This document shows positions 1 to 12,334 of a stretch of DNA of 64,000 bases, one piece after another. Where the stretch lies: the NCBI RefSeq assembly GCF_006345805.1, contig NC_043008.1:56854001-56918000 (forward strand). Reading direction: 5' to 3'. The stretch's first letter is position 1, and the number at the start of each line of letters is the position of its first letter. This stretch comes from Octopus sinensis (Eukaryota). A program made the position numbers and the translations under genes. Under the pieces are notes generated by a model. That model saw only the letters and a program-made list of their open reading frames with translations, made no database searches and was not told where the DNA came from.

Positions 1-121
1 TAAAACTTTTGTTTTTTGGGGTCCAGTTGGGGTTTGTTGCTTGCTGTAATTACTTTTTGTACAAACAAGAAATCCTCACTGGATTCTGAACTCTGGTCTG
101 CTTACAGTTGGAGAAAATGTT

Positions 122-370
122 TTCACTTTAAGTGAATAGTTTTTCTCACTTAATTGAGAGAATTGCTGTTTTGGTGGCGCATCTTGCCTCCAAAAACAGT
201 TGAACTTCTTCACCAATTTTTTGTGAAAGTTGTGGAAGCAATTTGTTCACTTTAAGTGAATAGTTTTTCTCAAGTAATCGTGAGAATTGTTGTTTTGGGG
301 GCGTATCTCGCCTCCAAAAATAGTTGAACTTCTTCCCCAAATTTTGTGGAATCTCTGTTCCAGTTGCTGT
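122..370 (+). repeat. Tandem ~125-bp monomers in the putative LINE 5' UTR
   Basis: ttcactttaagtgaatagtttttctca occurs at ~122 and ~247, each followed by the same gagaattg...gcctccaaaaa.agttgaacttctt block. Confidence 0.8.
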
Positions 371-643
371 GTTGCAGTTTCGAGTTGGAGGCCTGGATTA
401 CCTAGAGGCCGAAAGACTTGTGCTTGCTGTGTTTTTTGAACTGTTGAACTGTTTTTTCCCTCTTCTATTTTTTGGGGGACTTCCTTTTTTCTTGAATTCT
501 TTTCTTTTTTTCCTTCCTTTTTTGTTGTGACTTTCTTTTTTGGAATTTTTCTTGAACTGTTTTCTTTCTTTTTACTTCATTCTTTTTCAACTCTTTCTCT
601 TGAACTGTTTGGACCTTCTGTTGAACTTTTTATTACAAAAAAC

Positions 644-1371
644 ATGGCGAAGAAAAAGGACACCATTTTGGAGTGGGAAATTGTCCCACCCAAGGAGTGG
701 TTGAAGGATTTGGAAAAGAGGACTGTGGTGTTGAGGACCTCAAGTCGCTCGACACCATCTCCCTCTTCAGAAAAATCGATATAGAATGAGAGTTGGCGAA
801 GTATATGCCAACTATAAAATTTATTTCCAAGGGTGTCAAGTATGCGACGGTGTGGTTGCTATTTGACGCCCCTGAGGAGACTCGCAATTTTGCGGGTCAA
901 CCCTTAGAGGGCGGGGAAATATTGTTTCTTCCTATGTATTGTGGGAATGAGTTGACAAGGACTTGGGTCTGTGGTTTGCCACCCGGAATAGAACCCGAGT
1001 GGATTGAAGACACTATCCGCCGGGGTCTGGGTGGCAGCAGAGCCAAGATCCTAAACGTAAAACTTTTGCCTGCAGCTGATTGAGTGGGGTCAAAAGCGGT
1101 TTTGACCCAGTGAACACATTCAGCCAAGAATCTGGTATTTCCGGATAGTTTTGAAAATGGCCGGTACTAGGTATCCTGTGATTCTTGACGGTCGCCCCCA
1201 CCCAGTTGTCATTGGTGCCTGGAGCCTGGCCATATAAAAACAAACTGTCCCCAGGAACAAAGTAAGGTCCTGGAGCAGTTGGATGAGACCTCTGTAGAAG
1301 AGGGAACGAAGGCGGTCGAGGACGCGGAGGACTCAGCAAAGAAGGGCTGCAAGAGGAAGAAGGTGAGCAAC
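644..1371 (+). pseudogene. Decayed ORF1 (gag-like) of a non-LTR retrotransposon, L1/Tx1-like
   Basis: ATG at 644 (MAKKKDTILEW...), continuing through frameshifts and stops into the 793-1083 ORF (WVCGLPPGIEPEW). Then VILDGRP, and a CCHC zinc knuckle CHWCLEPGHIKTNC at 1207-1248. Ends at a (TA)n tract; no ORF2 seen. Confidence 0.75.
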
Positions 1372-1401
1372 AATATATATTATATATATATATATATATA
1401 T

Positions 1402-1558
1402 ATTTGGCGAAAGAGTCAGCAGAAGTTTCGCCATTAACTTCTGCCGCGTGGAGCCTAGATATTTCACTCATAAAACACACATCGCCTGGTCTCAGATTCG
1501 AACCCGCAATCCCTCGACCGTGAGTCCACTGCTTTAACCACTAGGCTATGTACCTCCA
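1402..1558 (-). mobile_element. SINE family C, head and body fragment
   Basis: Reverse complement matches the tRNA-like head of the C copies at 34.4, 45.2 and 49.0 kb (gtggagg..catagcctagtggttaaagcag...ggttcgaatc). Confidence 0.8.
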
Positions 1559-1927
1559 CAGACAAGTATTAGCATTACCTAATAAATCCTTTTTCACACC
1601 ATTCAAGACGCGTGCTAGTGGCTGCTGAACGTATTGGAAATAGTAGACAAGTGACAAATTTTGTTCCAAACTGATGCTATTGTTTCGAAGCAATAAGATA
1701 TGATATCAGCATTATCTACTCCTGCGTTTGCGCATGTGTTTCGTGTACTTTCACTGTCTATAATTGCGCAAACACGTCATTGTTTATTTTGATACATACT
1801 GTTAAAGATAATAGACAGTACATTAAAACACATACGACCAACTATTAGATAAATAAATGTAATTGAGACGGGTTTCTATAAATCCCCTGTTTTTAAGAAA
1901 ATATAATCTATTTGTGAATATGCAGCC

Positions 1928-2172
1928 AAGAATTCAAGAAAAAAGGAAGTCCCCAAAAAGAGAGAAGAAGGAAAAAACAGTTCAACAGTTCAAAAAACAC
2001 AGCAAGCACAAGTCTTTCTGCCTCTAGGTAATCCAGGCCTCCAACTCAAAACTGCAACACAGCAACTGGAACAGAGATTCCACAAAAATTGTTGAAGAAG
2101 TTCAACTATTTTTGGAGGCGAGATACGCCCCCAAAACAACAATTCTCACGATTACTTGAGACAAACTATTCA
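1928..2172 (-). repeat. Inverted copy of LINE 5' UTR segment 257-501
   Basis: Reverse complement of 257-501, including cctctaggtaatccaggcctccaac versus gttggaggcctggattacctagagg. Confidence 0.9.
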
Positions 2173-2360
2173 TCCGACTAGATGTTCACTGTTGGAAAAC
2201 TTTTGATAATAAATCTGCACGATCAGATTTTACCTAAGGACAAACAATGACACAACACTTACTCATGTTTAGCGACGGCCTTTGTCGTATTTTCTCTTAG
2301 CTGCAAACAAGAAAGTCAGAGCTTCTCCTAGAGAATAAAGTACTCGGTTCCTGCCACTAA

Positions 2361-2595
2361 AGGCGGCGAGATGGGAGAAGCGTTAGCACGCCGGGCGAAA
2401 TGCTTTGCGGTATTTCGTCTGCCGTTACGTTGTGAGTTCAAATTCCGCCGAGGTCGACTTTTGCCTTTCATCCTTTTGGGGTCGATAAATTAAGCACCAG
2501 TTACGCACTGGGGTCGATGTAATCGACTTAATACCTATGCCTGTCCTTGTTTGTCCCCTCTATGTTTAGCCCCTTGTGGGTAATAAAGAAATAGA
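2361..2595 (+). mobile_element. SINE family A, full length
   Basis: Pol III A-box-like and B-box-like motifs (gagttcaaattcc), central gcctttcatccttttggggtcgataaattaagcaccag, tail aaagaaata. 13-bp TSD ttcctgccactaa at 2348-2360 and 2596-2608. Confidence 0.92.
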
Positions 2596-3117
2596 TTCCT
2601 GCCACTAATATCAGAGATCCTGGGGTAAAAATTTGTTGTGGACAATTCCCTGACATAGTGGTAAAATAAACCTAACATTTTATGTTAAAGTATAATTCTT
2701 TAGCATTTATGCTAAGTGATCATCGTAGCGCAATCATGGTTTGCAAAAACTGATGATTGCCAAAGCTATCCTTATTTGATATCTTTTCTGCTCTTTGAGG
2801 ACGGACAGAATTCGGAAAAGTTACATTTTCGATTCCTAATTGTAGTTGTATTCATCGATATTCCGCCATCTTCCCTTCCTTTTATCTAATTACCGAGATC
2901 ACGGAATCTCCTTATATATTTATTTCAAATTTTGGCTCAACACAAGTAACAACCAGTGGGAAGGTGGTAATTCGATTTAAGCGACTTATACATATTTTAT
3001 CAACTCCAAAATGATTATGGCAAAGACTCACACACACACACATACACACATATATATATATATATAATATATATATAATATATATATATTATATATATAT
3101 ACACATATCATACATAC

Positions 3118-3164
<47 letters not shown>

Positions 3165-3250
3165 CCGAGGGGTTCTTTCGGTTTCCGTCTACCAAATTCA
3201 CACACAGGACATTGGTCAGCCCGAACCTATAGTAGAAGACACTTGGAGGA
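3165..3250 (-). mobile_element. SINE family B fragment
   Basis: tttccgtctaccaaattc...tatagtagaagacacttg matches B copies in reverse orientation. Confidence 0.7.
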
Positions 3251-4329
3251 AGCGAACTTCGTACAACACAGGCACGCCTGCGCCTCACTCTCTCCCTTCC
3301 TCTCTCTCTCTCTCTCTCTCTCTCTATTTTATGTATATATATATTATTATATATTAAATTATATTCTAAGATATTGTTCCAATAATTCAATGATGCATTG
3401 GATGCATATTCACAAATAGATTATATTTTCTTAAAAACAGGGGATTTATAGAAACCCGTCTCAATTACATTTATTTATCTAATAGTTGGTCGTATGTGTT
3501 TTAATGTACTGTCTATTATCTTAAACAGTATGTGTCAAAATAAACAATGACGTGTTTGCGCAATTGTAGAAAGTGAAAGTACACGAAACACAGGCGTAAA
3601 CGCATTTATCTATCACTGGAGTTATTATTATTGATTCATATTGTTTCGTTGATTTTATTCTTCGACGAATTCTATAGCACAATTCTACAGAAAGTTTCCA
3701 CATCGGTGAAACGCGATAACATTCACCGTTAACTTAGCGACAGTCATGAGACAAAATAAGAACAAAAAAAAACGAAAACAGAAAATTGACATCTATTTCG
3801 CAATTTCCCGAAACTATGATATGCTACAATACTTTTAAATAATGTCATTTCGAGAATGAAAATATATTTAATGGATAAAGCCGGGCCTTTCACTGTTTGT
3901 AAAGTATTTCTTTTCCATGCTACTTGCTATCCTATTAGTTTAGAGTCATCATTCCGGAACCAACGAATAATCTCCTTAGAGTAGGCTAGCAATTTTCCAA
4001 CTGCCTGAACTGTTAAATTATATTGTCCATTATAAGTGGATTATTGCAGGGAACTTGGCAGCATCGTATTTCAGTAGAGACATTTCACCAAAGCCAGTCT
4101 CAGTTTTGTGGATGTGATTTGTTTTGATTGTTTTTGAGTTTTGTTTTATTCCTTTTAAAGAATATATGATAATTTATAATGGAATATTTCTATAAAGATA
4201 AAAATATTTTGTTGTTTCTTCCATTTTTTCACCTGTATATTTTTGGGGATTTTTTGTTTTGTTTTTTTTTTCAGTTTTGTTTTATCTCGATTTGTTTACA
4301 AAATTTTATTGCTCTCTCTCTGTCTCTCG

Positions 4330-4366
<37 letters not shown>

Positions 4367-6061
4367 GCAAATACACAGATGCACACACATACACAAAGCA
4401 CACGGGCAGACAGACTCTTCTTTGTTCCCTGACCCTTTCACTTTCTTTCATGCTCGATCACTTGTATGTCCACTCATTTTTCCATTGTTAATGATTAACT
4501 CCAAGAAAGAAATTAAAGACAGAAGGAAACAAAGAAAGAAACAAACAAACAAGTAACGAACGAAAGTGCCAGGTTCTGAATAACCAGATCTTGCAAATGT
4601 GCGATTTTTTGCATCAAACTGTGAGGAAAGGCGAATTAGATTGTAGATTTTCTTGAAGACAAAAATAAACAAGAAATTGAAATTTGGTTTCATTGGACAA
4701 AGGTCCCAAAATTTGGGAATTCTTGTGTAGTGTTTTGACTTACTTCTTAACCACTAAATAGATTTAAAAAATTAAATTTGTGTCTCATAGAAAATATATT
4801 CAAATCCAAATGAAGTTAAATCGAAGTTCAGCGACGTATTTTAGGAAAAAACAACTTTTTCTTTATTGTATGGATTTCTGCATCTCTATATCGTTGATTA
4901 GATTTAAGAAAAAATAAGATTGTTTCTAAGACAACATGTATTCAAAACCGAAAAGACTGGCATCAAAGTTCAGTGAGTTATTTTCCTAACCAGATAACCA
5001 TCCCTTTTTGGATTCTCATCTCCCTATGTCTATTCTTTAATGATTCGGTTATGACTTGATGTCTCATTAACTTTTAATTTCATGGATACACGAGTTGTTT
5101 ATATTTCATAATGTAGTATAACACTAAATAATAATGTGTGCACTTAATTTATTAATGTAGTGCTGAAACGATTTTATTTGACATGAGATTTAATTAAGAA
5201 TGCACTTTTAGTGTTGAAAAAAATCGAATCTTTAATGGAAGAAAATACACGGGAGGGAACCTCAGAAGTTCTTCTGTAACTCACCACTGCATTCTATTTT
5301 TATCAATTTTAATGATTTGGGATCCTGGGCTTTTCTGCTTTGTCTTTTAAAACGATAATGAATAATTCAAGTAACGAGCTGTTCTCATCACTGCAAGTAG
5401 AAGTTTAATTAATTAATTAAAATAATTTATATACATGTAAATATTTTTATTTTAATCACCTCTGCTTAGTATGCCTTTAGTTAATTCCAGCTTGTCAAAC
5501 ATTTGCATACACACAGGCAAATTTATTATTTGAAGTTTACCTATGACAATGGTAGTTTACCTATAAGGCAGATTCGGTGTCAGTAACTGATTAAGTTAAC
5601 TATGCAGAAAAATATGTTCAACGATGTCATTCACATTCCAACACGTTGTCTGTTCACACACAATGAATCTAAGGGACATTTATGTCCCGAAGTATTTACC
5701 ACATCGTAGATCTCTCCACGTTTGAATGTGTATGAACATGTTATATATAAGTGTACATAAATTTACTTTAATCATCGCATCTCCTTGTGTCATTAATATA
5801 TTAACTCCAGCTTAACGTAGCTTTACACACATCAGCGAATTTAGTATTTGCTGCTCACATAGAACAACACGGATTCGGCGTTCGTAGCTGACGAATCTTA
5901 ACAAAGCAGGGTATTATTGTTCATAGCCCAGGTTCCTATGTTTTCACGCGTATTTTAAAATTTGAAAATTGTTAATTACGAGAAGATAGACAATACAAGC
6001 GCTTAATTCAGTTCCAAAGTTTTTCTTTTACAAAAGGCTCCTGTCATTTTTAATTCAAGAA

Positions 6062-6424
6062 AACCTTTCTTGAAATACTGCGACTGTTTCAAGAATTATT
6101 TGCAAAAAAAATTTTGTGTGTGTGTGTGTTAATGCAGTAGGGTTTTAAATCCCGATATAGACAAGAAACATATTATACTTTGTTTCGATTAATTACGATC
6201 AGAGGAAAGAAGAGGTCTTGTAGGTAGTGTACTTTCAGCACCTTTCTTGAAATATTCCGACTGTTTCAAGAATTATTTGCAAAAACTTCTCTGCGTGTGT
6301 GTATGTGTGTGTGTTAATGCAGTAGGGTTTTAAATCCAAATGTAGACAAGATACACACTATACTTTGGTTCGATTAATTACAATCAGAGGAAAGAAGAGG
6401 TTTTGTAGGTAGTGTACTTTTAAT
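6062..6424 (+). repeat. Direct tandem duplication, ~178-bp unit
   Basis: cctttcttgaaata...gtaggtagtgtacttt occurs twice (from ~6064 and ~6242) with a variable (GT)n core. Confidence 0.85.
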
Positions 6425-6861
6425 ACTATTATTGTAAAACATCATGTGTATGGAAATATCCATGTATTTCATAATAGCATGGCTTAAATGCACGTACCTG
6501 TTAGTGTTGGATATTTTGTTTGTTTATATAGGCTTGTTTTACGTGAATTATTCACAAATGTCAGGCTTAATTTGTAAAACAAATTCATAATTAATTTGAT
6601 TAGTTCCCATGAGAAAGTGATGAGAAGGCTGCAAAAGTGATGCGTTTATCTAATCTGAAACATTTCCAGTAGAACACAGTATTTATTCATTTATTTATTT
6701 ATTTCGTCGCACCTTAAGTGGATAGGAATTGTAATTTCTCTTGATTCAAGGGTCAGATTATGAATATAGAATCAGCATTGATACTGCAGTACATTTTTAT
6801 TCAACAGTCGTCCTATCGATTCTCTTATTACTTGCTAAATTTACTTGAACTGTTTTGTTAA

Positions 6862-7260
6862 GACATAGGCACAAGTGTAGCTGCGTGGCTGAGTGGTAAG
6901 AAGTTTATTTCACAACCAGATGGTTCCGTGTTCAGTCCCACTACGTGGTACTTTGGGCAAGTGTCTTCTTCTATAGTCTCAGGCCGGCCAACACATTGTG
7001 GATGGATTCGGTAGATGGAAACTGAAAGAAGCCTATCATAGACACACGCATTTATATATGAATATATATATGCGTATGTGTGTGTCTGTAACCTACCACC
7101 GCTCGACAAACGGTTTTGGTGTGTTTACGGCCATGTAAATAAACAGTTCTGCAAAAGCGAGAGAAAATATGCTAGGTGTCGATTCATTCGAATAAATTAC
7201 CTCCAGGCGGTGCCCCAGCGTGGGCGTAATCTAAGGATTTAAACAAGTAAAAGATGAAAA
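6862..7260 (+). mobile_element. SINE family B (tRNA head, CORE-like segment, central TA/GT microsatellite), diverged
   Basis: gtggtaag...gttcagtcccactacgtggtactttgggcaagtgtcttcttctatag, then the family 3' half ending aacaagtaaaaga. Confidence 0.8.
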
Positions 7261-7707
7261 ACCGGTCACACTATGTAGTCGCAAGCATGGCTCTGTGGTT
7301 ACGAACCTTGCTTTGCAACCACGTTTCTTCCATTTCAACCCCACCATGAGAACGTGAGTAAGTATTTTTACTACAGTTCCGCATTGGCCAATGACTTGTG
7401 AATAAATTTGGTAGCAGGGAACTACGTGGAAGACCTTTGCTTATGTGTGTGTGTGTGTGTTTGTATGGGTAGGGTGAGAGTTTTTGTCCCGCTCCTTATT
7501 GCTTGACATCTGTTGTTTGTTGTTTACATCTTGACATTGCGGTTTGGCAAAACTAGTCGATAGAATGAGAACCAGTATTTTTGTTTATTGCAATTACTTG
7601 GGTCGCTATATTCCTCTAAACCCTTGGAGGTCGTGCCCCAGCGTTGCTGCAATCCAAAGTTAAAAGATAAAGACTTATTCTAGATTGCATTATATGTCAT
7701 GTTATAA

Positions 7708-8260
7708 GGCAGAGAGCTGGCAGAATCCTTAGCATGCCGGGCGAAATGCTTAGCGGTATTTCTTCTGCTGCTACGTTCTGAGTTCGAATTCCGCCGAGCT
7801 CGCCTTTGTCTTTCATCCTTTCGGGGTCGATAAATTAAGTACCAGTTACGCACTGGAGTCGATGTAATCGACTTAATACCTATGTCTGTCCCCTCTGTGT
7901 TTAGCCCCTTGTGGGTAATAAAGAAATAGGTATTTCGTCTGCTGCTACGTTCTGAGTTCAAATTCCGCCGAGGTCGACTTTGCTTTTCATCCTTCGGGGT
8001 CGATAAATTAAGTACCAGTTACGCACTGGAGTCGATGTAATCGACTTAATACCTATGTCTGTCCTAGTTTGTCCCCTCTGTGTTTAGCCCCTTGTGGGTA
8101 ATAAAGAAATAGGTATTTCGTCTGCTGCTACGTTCTGAGTTCAAATTTCGCCGAGCTCGCCTTTGTCTTTCATCCTTTCAGGGTCGATGAAATAAGTACC
8201 GGTTCCGCACTGGGATCGAGGTAATCGACTAGCCCCCTTCCTATCAAAATTTCCAAGGCA
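7708..8260 (+). mobile_element. SINE A head-to-tail trimer
   Basis: One complete head followed by two 5'-truncated units, joined at aaagaaata|ggtatttcgtct (~7928 and ~8111). The last unit has the alternative tail. Confidence 0.9.
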
Positions 8261-8690
8261 ATACAGTAGAGGACACATTCCCAAAAGGACGTGTGATGGA
8301 ACTGAAACCAAAAGAAGGTGGTTGCGAATCGAGCTTGTTAACCACACAGCTAAGTGTTGTTTAAAAATTGCTTTATGTCTAAATATTACTATTTTCAGAG
8401 ATAAATCTACAATCTCGCGTTCCTTTTATCACAACCTCAGTGAATATGTACTTGATGACACTTCGCTGATGAGTTCAGAATCGTTACCATTGTAGGCACA
8501 ATGTGCTCAACTAGTAGTAATTTATCGACCCCTGAAATGATGACAGACGAAGACCACCTCGGCGGAAATTGAACTCAGAAAGTAAAGACGGACGAAATTC
8601 TGCTAAGCACTTTATTCGGTGTACTGATGGTTCTGCTAGCTCGCTGCTTAAGCCTCCATGTAAAGGAATGTGGAGATGAACTCAGTTAGA

Positions 8691-8826
8691 TTCTTCTTCT
8701 TCTTCTTCTTCTTCTTCTTCTTCTTCTTCTTCTTCTTCTTCTTCTTCTTCTTCTTCTTCTTCTTCTTCTTCTTCTTCTTCTTCTTCTTCTTCTTCTTCTT
8801 CTTCTTCTTCTTCTTCTTCTTCTTCT
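8691..8826. repeat. Pure (TTC)~45 microsatellite
   Basis: Uninterrupted ttc repeats. Confidence 0.97.
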
Positions 8827-9973
8827 ATTATTATTATCATTATTATTGAAACAGTCGCGGAAAAATTCTGAGAGTGACTGAAAAAAAAATGTATTTGCTT
8901 ATTTCTTATAAACAAGCAAAAAAACCAGCATACATTTCGAAAGCATGCTTGAATTTTGTGTAAGTTCTCATAATTATTTTATTGTGCAAGCACCCACGTT
9001 GAATTCAAAGACAAAAAGACAATCATTTTTCTTTAGCCCCCATCCATGCTACGATTTATGTAATCTATGGGCAAGAAAGACTAATTCTCCAGACGTATTT
9101 CACACGATATGCACTGAAGACCAAACTAACCAATTTTGTATTCCCCTTTGACCTATATAGGTTTTAAATGCTGATGCAGATGATATCGACCAAATCCCTC
9201 TTCGAAAAATAAGCAGCTTATATCATTGTTAAAGAATTGTCATTTGGCTGACTCGTTGGAGGGTTGCATAAAATAATTGGTATTTCTCCAGGCTCTTAAA
9301 GATTTTAGTTCAGGGCCACGCCAAGGTCAATCTATGTCACTTCTCTCCGGAATCAAGATAATGGAGTATTAGTTATATACTTGTGTTGATAGCATAGAAC
9401 AACCTATTTCTCTTGACCACGCCAAGGTCAATCTATTTCTCTCCGGAATCAAGATAATGGAGTATTAGTTATATACTTCTGTTGATAGTGTAGAACAACC
9501 TATTCCTTCAAATTCACTGGCCTTGTAATTAAATTAGAAGTCATTGACATTATCATTGTTGTTGGTTGCGTCCTTCTATGGACTTTTTTTTTATCAAAGA
9601 ATCATTTCGCCAAATTCTAATGTCGTGTCTACTTCATATTTCTCATCAAAACTCTGCAACTTCTTATTTTATATAATTGGCTTGTTCCATGGAATAATTA
9701 AAAGGTGAAATGTATTAACTTTTTTTTTAATTTGTATCCGTTCAACGTCATTTGAAATGGCGTCCATTCACCGAAAGGCAAAGCCAGTCAAAACGAAACC
9801 AAAAGTCATTTGGTTATAGAAAAACAGGAAAAACAACTCAATTTAAAATTCAAGCATGTTTCGAAATGGATGGTGGTTTTTTTTATGCTTGTTTATAAGA
9901 AATAAACAAATACTATTTTTTTTCAGCCACTCTCATAATTTTTCTGTGACTGTTTCAATAATAATGATAATAA
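8827..9973. mobile_element. Inverted-repeat (TIR/foldback-like) element, ~130-bp arms at 8827-8957 and 9845-9973
   Basis: attattattatcattattattgaaacagtcgcggaaaaatt... is mirrored by ...aatttttctgtgactgtttcaataataatgataataa. Arms are imperfect but colinear. Confidence 0.7.
9316..9502 (+). repeat. Direct tandem duplication, ~100-bp unit
   Basis: ccacgccaaggtcaatcta...ttctctccggaatcaagataatggagtattagttatatactt...gaacaacctatt occurs twice. Confidence 0.85.
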
Positions 9974-11159
9974 GAAGAAGGAGAAGAAGGAGAATGGAGA
10001 AAGAAGAAGAAAAAAAGGAGAGAAGAAGGAGAAAGAAGAAGAAGAGAAGAGAAGAAGAAGAAGAAGAAGAAGAAGAAGAAGAAGAGAAGAAGAAGAGGAG
10101 AAGAAGAGAAGAAGAAGAAGAAGAAAAGAAGAAGGAGCAAGAAGAAGGAGCAGGAGCCAGAAGCAAGAAGGAGAAGAAGAAGAAGAAGGAGCAGGAGAGA
10201 GGAGGAAAGCAGGTGAGGGAGGAGAAGAAGAAGAAGGAGAAAGGAGCGGAGGAGCAGAGAAGGAGGAGAAGGAGAAGGAAGCAGGGCGGGAGGAGCATGA
10301 GCAGCAGGAAGGAGAGGAGGGAAAAGGAGCAGGAAAAAGGGAAGGAAGAAAAGAGGAGAAAAAAAAGAAGGAAAAGGAAGGAAAAGGGAGAACCAGGAAG
10401 GAGCAGGAAAAAAAGAACAAGGGAAAGAAAGAGAAAAGAGGGAAAAGAAGACAGGAAGAAGAAGAAAAAGGAGAAAGAAGAAGAAGAAGACAAGACAGAG
10501 AAAAAGGAAGAAGATGTTCTGAAGAAGAAAGAAAGGAAAGAAGAAGAAAGAAAGAAAGCAAAAGAAAGAAAAAAAAGCAGTTGCGACGAAGAGACGAGAA
10601 AAAAGAAGAGAAAAAAAAAGAAAGGAAGAAACAGAAGAAGAAGAAAAAGAAGAAAGAGAAGAGAAGAAGAAGAAGAAGAAGAGCAAGAAAAAAAACAAGA
10701 AGAAAGAAAGAAGAAGAAGAGAAGACAAAAGCAACAGAAGACCAGAAGAAGAAGAAGAAGAAGAAGAAGACGAAGAAAAGAGAAGAAGAAAAGAAAAAAG
10801 AAGAAGGAAGAAGAAGACGAAGGAAAAGAAGAAGGAGAAGAAAAGAAAGAAGAAGACAAGAAAATAGAAAAAAGAGAAGAAGAAATAAGAAAAGAAGATG
10901 AGAAAGAAGAAGAAGAAAGAAAAAAAGAAAAAAGAGAGAAGAAGAAAGAGAACGGAGAAGAAAAAAGAAGCAAGGAAAATGAAGGAGAGAAGAAAAAAGA
11001 AGAAAGAAGAGAAAAAGATAAGAAGAAAAGAAGAAGAAGAAGAAGCGAAGAAGTAGAAGAAGCAGAAGAAGAAGAAGAAGTGAAGAAGAAATGAAGAAGA
11101 AAAGAGAAAGAAGAAGAAGAAGAAGAAGAAGAAGAAGAAGAAGAAGAAGAAGAAGAAGA
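9974..11159. repeat. ~1.2-kb polypurine tract derived from (GAA)n, with GGA/GCA variants
   Basis: Almost exclusively A/G on the + strand, with pure (GAA)n runs at both ends. Confidence 0.95.
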
Positions 11160-11852
11160 TTGAAACACTGATGGAATGACAATCAAACAAGCCCTAACAT
11201 GCAGGTAATTCAGTGTCCAGGATAGAAATTTGAACCATGAAATGAATCAGATGAAAAATGTAAAGGGACTCTCGTTTCCTTGCATAGAGAATATATTCGG
11301 AAGCAGCTGTGTATAAAACTAATCGAATTTTTTCTCACAAAGAGAGGGGAGCTTTATTTTTGCTCAATTTAAATGAGCATATTTGCAGTTAATTTAGACA
11401 ATTGCCCGTTTCTAGATGTGTATTTCACTTACGGAGAAGGGTACAGTACATAGTGCCTTCTGCTTTATGATTATGAACGAGGCTTACAAAACGTAACGAA
11501 ACTGTGCTTGAGACTCCCCTCTTCGTAAGCTTTTGCGTCAGCACATGGAGCAACACAATATAAGAAATATATCGAGTGATGTTCACACAATATTCGTGAT
11601 CACCTTTGTAAAGGAGTATCGATGACGTGTGTTAAGTGCATAAGGGGCAACAAATGATAGGTTGTGGAAAGGTGATTAGAATCGGCTTGAAATTCCTTAT
11701 GTTTCTTCGCGACAGGATATGTATTCTGTCATCCTCTCCCGTTGAGAGCTTCGAGTTTAAGGCACCACAACTGTCTGAGCAAAACAGAATGCACAGCTGG
11801 TACATTTGTCAACAGGAGATTTTTTCAATTTTATTTTTATTGTATTTACTAT

Positions 11853-12245
11853 AGGCGCAGGCGTGGCTGTGTGGTAAGAAGTTTGCTTCCCAAACACATA
11901 ATTTCCGGGTTCAGTCCCACTGTGTGGCACCTTGAGCAAGTGTCTTCTACTATAGCCGCAGGCCAACCAAAGACTTGTAATTGGATTTGGTTGATGGAAA
12001 CGGAAAGTAACCCCATCGTATATGCATGTGTGTGTGTGTGTGCGTGTGTGTGTTTCCCCCTTTCACCATCGCGCGACAACCGATGTTGGTGTGTTTATGT
12101 CCCGGTAACTTAGCGGTTCGGCAAAAGAGGCCGATAGTATAAGTACTAGGCTTACAAAGAATAAGTCCGCGATCCAATTTGTTCGACTTAAAGTGGTGCT
12201 CCAGCATGACCACAGTCAAATGACTGAAACAATTAAAAGAATAAG
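11853..12245 (+). mobile_element. SINE family B, full length
   Basis: ggcgcaggcgtggctgtgtggtaag...gggttcagtcccac...caccttgagcaagtgtcttctac, central (GT)n, 3' end gtcaaatgactgaaac. Confidence 0.9.
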
Positions 12246-12334
12246 AGAAAATCACAGTCTGCAGATATTGTTGTATTACATATGTGTTAGACATATATAA
12301 AATATAATACTTTGTATTAGACAAATATATAACA

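Larger units (their letters stand above)
1736..3591. repeat. Inverted repeat, arms 1736-1924 and 3403-3591 (~190 bp); foldback/MITE-like, interrupted by inserts
   Basis: Arms are near-identical reverse complements, e.g. gagacgggtttctataaatcccctg versus caggggatttatagaaacccgtctc. Confidence 0.85.

Noticed and set aside
2361-2450. tRNA gene calls for SINE heads (families A, B, C)
   Set aside because: A/B boxes are present, but there is no complete cloverleaf, and each head is fused to repeat bodies with TSDs.
4549-4615. Possible minus-strand host exon (acceptor cctttcctcacag, then FDAKNRTFARSGYSEPGTF)
   Set aside because: No convincing donor site and no recognisable protein; needs RNA-seq or TBLASTN.
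9856-11190. 412-419 aa ORFs on both strands (Lys/Glu/Arg-rich or Phe/Ser/Leu-rich)
   Set aside because: They are translations of a GAA-derived polypurine tract that cannot contain stops in most frames; no domain or splice evidence.
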